Assembly (NCBI GenBank): GCA_018057455.1
Contig: JAGPDT010000006.1
Coordinates: 2,272 to 66,271 of the forward strand
Length of the DNA: 64,000 bases
DNA from: Flavobacteriales bacterium
Lineage (GTDB): Bacteria > Bacteroidota > Bacteroidia > Flavobacteriales_F > PHOS-HE28
Direction: 5' to 3'
Within the stretch, counting starts at the first letter, position 1. Every line of letters starts with the position of its first letter. The position numbers and the translations under genes are program-made. Shown here piece after piece: positions 8,962-16,036 of this stretch. Below the pieces are notes generated by a model that ran no database searches, was not told the origin of the DNA, and saw nothing but the letters and a program-made list of their open reading frames with translations.

Positions 8962-10284
8962 TCAAGCCGCCGGGGCCGGAAGGACCTGCCCGTTGATGCG
9001 CGAATAGTGGTGCATCAGGCCCAAGAGCAGCAAGGCCTGGCCCGTGTTCTGCGTCAGTTGGCCATTGGTGAGCGAATCGAGGAATAAGGCCAGCAGCAGG
9101 AACTTGCAGGTCATGAAGAGCAGGTCACCATTCCTGCCCTTCACCCGCAGCATGTAGATGGCCGCGATGAAGAACAGCAGGTACAGCAGGGCCATGCCCG
9201 GGTAGCCATAGATGAAGGCCAAGCCCAACCAGCCCACGTCCGCCGGGTAGAAGAACCCGAAATACTTGTCGTAACCCTCCTCGCTCCATTCGCGGCTGAT
9301 CCGCCCGTTGCCCACCCAGGGATGCTGCTTGATCTGGCGTTCGGCAATGGCCACTTCCACGGTGCGTACCGAAACCTCCGTGGCGCCGGAGGTGCTGCCC
9401 ATCACCGTGTGCATGGCGTCCATGAACATGAACCGGTACTGCTCCACCTTGTCCGGGGCCAGCAGTACGAAGAGCAGCCCGGCGAGCACCGCCGGCAGCA
9501 CCACGGGAAGCACCATGCGCGCGATGCGTTTCAAGGGCACATGCAGCAGGACAACGCCGGCCATGCCGATGGCCGTGACGGCCATGGAGGTGCGGTCCAT
9601 GCGGAACACCACCACATAGGCCGCAAAGAGCAGTGCATAGCCCAAGTCGGTCCACCGGTTGCGCAGGAACGCCCGTGCCGCGTAGTAGATGGCACCGAAA
9701 TAGATGGCGCTCATGTTGAAGCGGTAGTACGCCCCCCCGCCCTTTACGTCGTTGGCCCCGGCCAAGGGCGTGTCCTGGTAGGGGCCCGGATCGATGAACA
9801 AGGTGGCGAAGTAGAAATAGATCAGGCAGGTCCACGCCATGAGCACCAATGCGCGTTCCAATTGGGCCAAGGTGATCCACCCCTTGCGCAACCAATGGTA
9901 GATGGCCAGTACGCCGGACAGCAGGTAATAGTCCTTGAAGGCGATGATGCCCCAGATCACCGGCTGGCCGAACTCGCGTTTGGCACCGATCGCCGGAATG
10001 ATGGGCAACAACAGCAGCAGCAGTACATACGTTTCGAAGCCATTGATGGTCCAATCATCCATCAACGCACGCTGGATGATGCGCCACCCCAGCCATAGCA
10101 CCAACAAGGCCACCAGGGCCAGCTCGGCCACACCGATGGGCAGGCTCATGTGGCTCACGGTCAACATGCGCCAGACCAACGTGACGAGCACGGTGAGCAG
10201 GCCCACCGTGAGGCCATGGTACCTGAACGGCCAAGGCAAGGGGCTGGGCCCGGGATCCTGCTTGGCGGGGATCACCAACGCCAT
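8962..10284 (-). CDS. polytopic membrane protein, O-antigen polymerase/ligase-like (Wzy-type candidate)
   Basis: 440 aa, with many hydrophobic segments and one larger loop. It sits between sulfotransferase genes in a Wzx-containing operon. The assignment rests on context and topology, not on a specific motif. Confidence 0.55.
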   Translation of the reverse strand: MALVIPAKQDPGPSPLPWPFRYHGLTVGLLTVLVTLVWRMLTVSHMSLPIGVAELALVALLVLWLGWRIIQRALMDDWTINGFETYVLLLLLLPIIPAIGAKREFGQPVIWGIIAFKDYYLLSGVLAIYHWLRKGWITLAQLERALVLMAWTCLIYFYFATLFIDPGPYQDTPLAGANDVKGGGAYYRFNMSAIYFGAIYYAARAFLRNRWTDLGYALLFAAYVVVFRMDRTSMAVTAIGMAGVVLLHVPLKRIARMVLPVVLPAVLAGLLFVLLAPDKVEQYRFMFMDAMHTVMGSTSGATEVSVRTVEVAIAERQIKQHPWVGNGRISREWSEEGYDKYFGFFYPADVGWLGLAFIYGYPGMALLYLLFFIAAIYMLRVKGRNGDLLFMTCKFLLLALFLDSLTNGQLTQNTGQALLLLGLMHHYSRINGQVLPAPAA

Positions 10285-11186
10285 AGAGCGAACAGGTCTT
10301 TGGAAAGGTGGGCGGAGAGCTGTTCCACATCAGCCCGGTAGATGTCGCGCAGCCAGGCCCGGTCTTCGGGCTGAAGCCCGCCACCGTTCTGCATGTTCCG
10401 TTCCTTCATGTACTTCCTGGCCTGGCGTCGCTTCTCTTCGGGCACAAGCATACGCAACAGCGGGCGCACAATGCCTTTCACCGGGTTCTCCGTGGTGATC
10501 AACCGCTGCAGGGCGCGGAACCGCGGCTGCCCCGATCGGTTCTTGGCCTCCACCGGCGGCAGCGCCACCTTGGCCACCCCCACCAGGTCGAACACCCCCT
10601 TGATGAACCCCTCGGGGTCCTTGCGCAGGTCCTCGAAAAAGAAGACACGGGTGTGCGGGAAGGCCTCCAAATAGGCTTTCACTTGGGCGGCGTAGCGCCC
10701 CATGGCGATGTGGTGCCACATGAAGTCCCAGTTCTGCGCGGTACGCGCGGGCTCCTCGGCGATGGATTCCCGGAAGCCGAGCGGTTCATGGGTGTCCTTC
10801 ACGAAGTGCATGTACGACGACCATGCGCGCTCCACGGGATCGCGCAAAACGATGCCGATGCGGGTGTCCGCGCCCAGCACGGCCTTGATGCGGGGAATGG
10901 CCGTTTGGTGGTGGTACAGATAGCCCGTGCCCACCTCCACGGTGACCTTGCCTTCAAGACCGGTGTACAAACCGCGATAGGCCGCTTCCGATGTGACGAT
11001 GGTGCCCGGATCGCGCTGCATGGGATAGGCCAAGCGGCCTTGGCCCATGTGCTCATGGTCGAAGAAGAAGGATTCCTTGGTGGGGATGGCCACCTTGGGG
11101 TGCGCGCGCAGCGCATGCTCCATGGTGGTGGTGCCCGCTTTGGCGGTGCCCACGAACAAGCAACTGGGGAGGTTCTCACGCATCAT
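10272..11186 (-). CDS. sulfotransferase (Sulfotransfer_1-like)
   Basis: Contains LFVGTAKAGTTTMEHALRAHPKVAIPTKESFFF and VLRDPVERAWSSYMH. The ATG at 11186 forms an ATGA overlap with the upstream stop. The track start at 11195 is a GTG. Confidence 0.8.
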   Translation of the reverse strand: MMRENLPSCLFVGTAKAGTTTMEHALRAHPKVAIPTKESFFFDHEHMGQGRLAYPMQRDPGTIVTSEAAYRGLYTGLEGKVTVEVGTGYLYHHQTAIPRIKAVLGADTRIGIVLRDPVERAWSSYMHFVKDTHEPLGFRESIAEEPARTAQNWDFMWHHIAMGRYAAQVKAYLEAFPHTRVFFFEDLRKDPEGFIKGVFDLVGVAKVALPPVEAKNRSGQPRFRALQRLITTENPVKGIVRPLLRMLVPEEKRRQARKYMKERNMQNGGGLQPEDRAWLRDIYRADVEQLSAHLSKDLFALWRW

Positions 11187-12109
11187 CGGGCACACCAGTG
11201 GCCAAGGTCCCTCCCGATGGCCCGGGAAAGGCGGTCCACGTCGGCTTTGTAGTAGGCGTTCAACATTTCGCGCGCCACCTGCGGCATTGCCGGCCGGTCC
11301 AGCGCCTTCTTCAGCACGCGGTCCCGTTGGGCCCGGGCCTTGTTGCGCAAGCCAGCGGGCAAAAGATGGGAAAGGGAACGGACCAGCGGATTACGCCGGA
11401 TGGTGCGTACCAGTCCCCGGTTCTTGGGCACACCGCCGGGATTGGACTGCACCTGTTCCACTGCGCAAGTGGCCGCACCCGCCCTCTTGCAGATATCGTC
11501 AAAAGTCGCTTGCAGGTCCTTCAGGTCTTCCAGCAAGTACACCTTGAAATTGGGGAACGCCGCCTGGAAGCGCTCCACGGCTTCGGCATACAGGCCATAG
11601 CCGAGGTAGTCGAATCCCCAACGGTCCCATTTGCGCCGTTCCACCACGGCGGGGTCCACGGCTTGTTCGAAAGGCAAGTCTTCATGGCCGTTCCGCACCA
11701 GGTAGAGCCAATGCGAATAAGCCCGTTCCACGGGGTCGCGAAGGATGGCGCTCAGGGCCAATTGGCCCGCTTTTTCACCGTAGGTCCCTTGGAGGTGCGG
11801 GATGGCCGTGCCATGCCGGTACAGGTACGAGGTGGAACAATCGGCGATGAGGGCCTGGGGCGGTGCTGGTGCGTACAGGGCGGCATAGTCCTGCGGCCTC
11901 CAGACCAGTGTTTTCACGAAAGCCGCATCCCTGTATGGCGGCTGCTGGGCATTGAAGGAGAAGAAGTGCGGTTCCTTCTTGGCCATGGGAAGGAAGATGC
12001 CCGGATGCCTGGTGAACTGGTGGGCAATGGAGGTGGTTCCGCTCTTGGCCGCCCCCACGAGCAGGATGTCCGGCAACCGCACCGTCGCGTTATTCAGGCT
12101 GATCTGCAT
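11183..12109 (-). CDS. sulfotransferase (Sulfotransfer_1-like)
   Basis: Contains ILLVGAAKSGTTSIAHQFTRHPGIFLPMAKKEPHFF and ILRDPVERAYSHWLY. ATG start verified. Confidence 0.8.
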   Translation of the reverse strand: MQISLNNATVRLPDILLVGAAKSGTTSIAHQFTRHPGIFLPMAKKEPHFFSFNAQQPPYRDAAFVKTLVWRPQDYAALYAPAPPQALIADCSTSYLYRHGTAIPHLQGTYGEKAGQLALSAILRDPVERAYSHWLYLVRNGHEDLPFEQAVDPAVVERRKWDRWGFDYLGYGLYAEAVERFQAAFPNFKVYLLEDLKDLQATFDDICKRAGAATCAVEQVQSNPGGVPKNRGLVRTIRRNPLVRSLSHLLPAGLRNKARAQRDRVLKKALDRPAMPQVAREMLNAYYKADVDRLSRAIGRDLGHWCAR

Positions 12110-13487
12110 GCTTGCTGCTTCGGTTGGTCACCCAGGGAACGTAGTACATATTGATGCGGTGCTTGCGGTAGATGAGCACCGCACCGGCGATGTTCCACAA
12201 GCTGAGGGTGATCCCCGCCGCCGTGGCCGCGCCCAGCATGCCAAAGGGCGGGATCAGCAGCAGGTTGAGCAGCACATTGATGCCCACGGCGGCCACCACG
12301 ATCCGGGAGAAGGCCACTTGGCCGCCGGTCATGTTCAGGAAGGCCCCCACCATGCCGGAACTGGCCGAGATGAAGTGTGCCAGCGCCATGATGCGCAAGA
12401 TCGGCGCCCCGGCAACGAACTCCGGGCCCAGGATGCTCATGATGGGCGCCGCGAACACGATGAGCACCACGGTGACCGGCGCGGTGGTCCAGAACACCAG
12501 CTTGGCGGCGTAGTCCAAGGTCTCCTTCAATTCACCGTGCCGGCCCGCGTGGTACATCTCGGCGATCTTCGGCATGGCGATGGTCTTGATGGCGCCGATG
12601 ACGAACTCGATGCCGATGGAGATCTTCACGGCGGTGCCATAGATACCGATGATGTCCGAGGGGCGGTACCAGGCCAGCATGATGGTGTCCAGGCGGCCGT
12701 TGAGGCTGCTGGACAAGGCGGTGATGATCATGGGCAGGGCCAGGACCAAGTGCTCACGCATGTTGATGGCCATCGGCTTGGCCTGGTGCTTGGCCTCGAT
12801 CTGGCCGATGTAGCGGCGCACCAGCCCATAGCCCAGCAGCGCACATAAGGCGATCACGGCCGCATTGGCCACCACCGGGGCCATGGCCTCGCCCGGGATG
12901 AATAAAACCGCCAGCAAGGTGAGGCCCAACAAGGCAGGCGACCGCAACAGCTCCGATACCGCCACCCGTTTGGTGCCCCGGATGAACTCCACGTTCACCA
13001 GCAGCAGCGCGCTGAAGGGCAAGGTCACCGCCATGGCCAGCATCACCTGGGGCGGCAGGCCACCGTCCCCGACAACGCCGCGCAAGGCCAGCTCCCGCCA
13101 GGCCAGGAAGAGCAGGCCCAGCAACAAGGCGAAGGGCACCACGGTGCGGAGCACGCCGTTGTGCAACGGCCTCAGCTTGCCCCATTGCCCCTTGGCGCTG
13201 TATTCGGCCACGGACCGCACATTGGAGCTGCTCAGGCCAAGGGTGGCCAACACGCCCAACACGGCCATCCACGCGGTGAACAGGTTGTAGTAGCCGTTCC
13301 CCTCGGCACCGAAGCGGCGGGCGATCACCAGCATCAGCCCGTAGGTGAACAAGAAGCCCAGGATGCGGTACGCAAAGGCCACGGCACCACCGCCCACCAG
13401 CTCGCGCTGGCCTTTCTTCACGGGCAATTTCCGAAGGAGCTTACGCAGCTTCACGCGCCCTGCTTTTTTAAGGTCAACATGTTCCAA
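12090..13487 (-). CDS. wzx: oligosaccharide/polysaccharide flippase (Wzx, MOP superfamily)
   Basis: 465 aa, about 12-14 hydrophobic segments, and the typical basic N-terminus followed by ...IARRFGAEGNGYYNLF. The only start candidates are the TTG at 13487 or downstream GTGs, so the start is uncertain. Confidence 0.75.
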   Translation of the reverse strand: MEHVDLKKAGRVKLRKLLRKLPVKKGQRELVGGGAVAFAYRILGFLFTYGLMLVIARRFGAEGNGYYNLFTAWMAVLGVLATLGLSSSNVRSVAEYSAKGQWGKLRPLHNGVLRTVVPFALLLGLLFLAWRELALRGVVGDGGLPPQVMLAMAVTLPFSALLLVNVEFIRGTKRVAVSELLRSPALLGLTLLAVLFIPGEAMAPVVANAAVIALCALLGYGLVRRYIGQIEAKHQAKPMAINMREHLVLALPMIITALSSSLNGRLDTIMLAWYRPSDIIGIYGTAVKISIGIEFVIGAIKTIAMPKIAEMYHAGRHGELKETLDYAAKLVFWTTAPVTVVLIVFAAPIMSILGPEFVAGAPILRIMALAHFISASSGMVGAFLNMTGGQVAFSRIVVAAVGINVLLNLLLIPPFGMLGAATAAGITLSLWNIAGAVLIYRKHRINMYYVPWVTNRSSKHADQPE

Positions 13488-14827
13488 ACGGTCAGCAGGA
13501 TGACATAGACGTCCAGTGCAATGGACCAGTTGAGGATGTAGTAGCGGTCCGCTTCAACACGCTTTTCCATGAGGAAGAGCTCGTGGGTCTCACCGCGCAA
13601 TCCCTTGGCTTGTGCCAAGCCCGTGATCCCCGGTTTCAACCAGAGGCGCTCCATGTAGGGCCCGATCAACTTGTTGTACTCATCGGTGTGCGAGAGCATG
13701 TGCGGCCGCGGGCCCACCACGCTCATCTGGCCCAGGAACACGTTGAAGAACTGGGGCATTTCATCCAGGTTGCTCTTGCGCAGGAAATGCCCGATGCGGG
13801 TGATGCGCGGATCGCCCTTCACGGCCTGCTTCCGGTCCGAATCAACATTCACCCGCATGCTGCGGAACTTCATGCAGCCGAAGGGCTTGTTCACCAAGCC
13901 CGTGCGCTGCTGCACGAACAGCACAGGACCCTTTGAGCTCAACTTGATCAGCAGTGCCATCAGTGGATAGAGCCATGACATGACCAGCACGATCACCAGG
14001 CCGCTGAACACCAGGTCGAAGAACCGTTTCAGCGACCGCCCTATGATGTTCCTGTATTTCCGGGGGTCGATGGCCACCAGAGCGGTCATTCCCCCATCAT
14101 CGATGTACGACCGGAAGCCGGAACGGTGAAGCTGGTCGATCAGGCCGTTGATGAACACCACCCGGATGTCCTTCAGCGTACAGAACCGCACGATCGCCAG
14201 CACCTTCCGGTTGATCGGCTCTTGGGCGATGTACACTTGGTCGATCCGATGGGACACCACGTAACGGTCGAACTCCTTGATGGACATGTACTCCGGGTGG
14301 CCATCCTCCTTTTCCAGGTCGAACCGGGCCATCAACTTGTACCCATATTCCGGGTGCTCGCCCAGTTCGTCCATGAAGCGCTTGCTCACCGCATTGGAAC
14401 CCACGATCACGATCCGCTTGAAGTTGTAGCCCGCCTTCCGGTAGGCCCGGATGCCGCTCCAGATGGCAATGCGCGTGAAGCCCACGAGCAGGGAGAAGAA
14501 GAGGAACTGCCACCCGATGAGATTCTGCGGCAGGCCTTGGATGTCCACCATGTAGCTCACCGCCAGGGTGCCGAAGAGGGCTGTGACCAAGGAGGCCACC
14601 AGGTCCTGCACCACGGCACCGCCGCTCAGGCGCCGGTCCATGGGCCGGAAGGCGCCCAGCAGCGAGACGATCACCCAGATCAGGGCCGTGCAGCCCAGCA
14701 ACAGGCGGAACAAGGGCGAATGGAAGATGTCCAGATCACCGTCGGTGAAGTAGCTGGCCATCACCAAGGCCGCCGCCAAGGCCAGCAATTCGATGATCAG
14801 GTATACGTAACGCTCGTAACGGGCCAT
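13451..14827 (-). CDS. polyprenyl-phosphate glycosyl-1-phosphate transferase (WbaP/exopolysaccharide initiating enzyme)
   Basis: Four or five N-terminal TM segments and a C-terminal bacterial sugar-transferase domain (KRFFDLVFSGLVIVL...PFGCMKFRSM...DEMPQFFNVFLGQMSVVGPRP). The track start at 14869 is a TTG; the first ATG is at 14827. Confidence 0.85.
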   Translation of the reverse strand: MARYERYVYLIIELLALAAALVMASYFTDGDLDIFHSPLFRLLLGCTALIWVIVSLLGAFRPMDRRLSGGAVVQDLVASLVTALFGTLAVSYMVDIQGLPQNLIGWQFLFFSLLVGFTRIAIWSGIRAYRKAGYNFKRIVIVGSNAVSKRFMDELGEHPEYGYKLMARFDLEKEDGHPEYMSIKEFDRYVVSHRIDQVYIAQEPINRKVLAIVRFCTLKDIRVVFINGLIDQLHRSGFRSYIDDGGMTALVAIDPRKYRNIIGRSLKRFFDLVFSGLVIVLVMSWLYPLMALLIKLSSKGPVLFVQQRTGLVNKPFGCMKFRSMRVNVDSDRKQAVKGDPRITRIGHFLRKSNLDEMPQFFNVFLGQMSVVGPRPHMLSHTDEYNKLIGPYMERLWLKPGITGLAQAKGLRGETHELFLMEKRVEADRYYILNWSIALDVYVILLTVWNMLTLKKQGA

Positions 14828-14898
14828 GGATTCTCCTCGGGCAAAGATCGTGGAAGCAAGTTCGTTCAAGCCGGGTCAACGAAAACTTTTACCGTCCC

Positions 14899-14906
14899 CA
14901 AATATG
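14899..14906 (-). promoter_or_regulatory. candidate Bacteroidota -7 box (CATATTTG, 7/8 match to TAnnTTTG) for the initiating-transferase/wzx operon
   Basis: The plus strand reads caaatatg, so the minus strand reads CATATTTG. It lies upstream of the 14827/14869 start candidates. This is a motif match only. Confidence 0.3.
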
Positions 14907-15128
14907 GTGGAGCCGCGCCGGCGGACAGCCACGCCCGTACCGGAAGGCCCGGACCACCGGCCACAAGCTGCCCCGCCGGACCAGCCGATGCGGCGGGTTT
15001 GGAGGCATATTCGGCGCCAAGGACCAGACCGGCATGCAGCTGGCAGGAATGCAGTTTGTTGACCATACGGCGGTGAAAAAAGGCTTGAAATTGCCCTTGC
15101 TACGGTTTACAACCGGACAATGTTGCCC

Positions 15129-15136
15129 CATATTTG
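15129..15136 (+). promoter_or_regulatory. candidate Bacteroidota -7 box (CATATTTG) for the wza-wzc...cysN operon
   Basis: catatttg lies 52 nt upstream of the ATG at 15188, and a TTTAC about 20 nt further upstream could serve as a -33 element. The box overlaps the alternative ATG at 15134, which argues against that start. Confidence 0.3.
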
Positions 15137-15187
15137 CCGCCGGATCTGAAAGGCCGCCCCCAACGGCCGGACCAAAAAGCAACACAC

Positions 15188-16036
15188 ATGCTGGAAAAGA
15201 CCCCATGGCGGTTCACTTCGTGCCGCCCCCGGATCGATCGTGGTGTATCCACCCCCCTGACCTCCTTTCTGGGCCTGCTTGCCTTGGTTCTCCTCCTGGG
15301 CGGATGCGTGGGCAACCGCAAGATCGTCCTCTTGCAGGACCAGGAAGCCTTCGTGCCCCACGAATCGTTGGTGGACAAGACCTGGCTCCCAAATGCACCC
15401 GTGTTCACGATCCGGCCGGGGGATGTGCTGATGGTGACCGTGGAACACTCCCAACTGGTGAAGGACATCGTGCCCCAGACCACCTTGAAGAACATGGACC
15501 TCTACCGGTCCATCCAACACCCCTACCTGATCGGCCACACGGTGGACAAGGAAGGCAACATTGAGGTGCCCGAACTGGGCAAGGTGAACCTGCTGGGCAA
15601 GACCATCCGCGAGGCGGAGGAGGTCGTGCTGGCCAAGGCGGCCGAATATTTCTCCGACCCCGTTGTGAAGGTGGTCATGCTCAATTTCTCCATCTCCGTG
15701 ATCGGCGAAGTGAACAGGCCGGGCCGGTATCCGGTCTACAACAACGAGATGAACATGCTGGAAGGCTTGGCCTTGGCCAGCGACATGACCGTCCTGGCCG
15801 ATCGATCGCGCATCCGTGTGATGCGGTCGCGTGAAGGAGCGAACCATCTGTACTACGTGGACCTCAACGACCAGAACGTCCTTTCCAACCCGTACTTCTA
15901 TCTGCAACCCAACGATGTGGTCATCGTAGACCCGCTCAAGCGGCGCAAATTCACCGGCAGGGACCCCGGCGTGATCATCAGCCTGTTGACTTTCCTTGTC
16001 TCCGTTGTCAGTGTTTACGCCACCCTGAACCGATGA
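15188..16036 (+). CDS. wza: polysaccharide export protein (Wza-like, Poly_export + SLBB domains), lipoprotein
   Basis: Lipobox LLLLGGC, then FTIRPGDVLMVTV, VDKEGNIEVPELGKVNLLGKTIREAEE, ISVIGEVNRPGRY and YLQPNDVVIVDP. Confidence 0.8.
   Translation: MLEKTPWRFTSCRPRIDRGVSTPLTSFLGLLALVLLLGGCVGNRKIVLLQDQEAFVPHESLVDKTWLPNAPVFTIRPGDVLMVTVEHSQLVKDIVPQTTLKNMDLYRSIQHPYLIGHTVDKEGNIEVPELGKVNLLGKTIREAEEVVLAKAAEYFSDPVVKVVMLNFSISVIGEVNRPGRYPVYNNEMNMLEGLALASDMTVLADRSRIRVMRSREGANHLYYVDLNDQNVLSNPYFYLQPNDVVIVDPLKRRKFTGRDPGVIISLLTFLVSVVSVYATLNR

Noticed and set aside
9732-9738. C7/G7 runs inside coding regions (9732-9738 in the Wzy-like gene; 2097-2103 in the TonB receptor) as possible phase-variation tracts.
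   Set aside because: They encode Gly-Gly-Gly and Gly-Gly-Pro-Pro in a GC-rich genome, where such runs arise from codon usage. They are shorter than the C9 tract and have no special position. Only the C9 tract at 19513 was kept as a finding.
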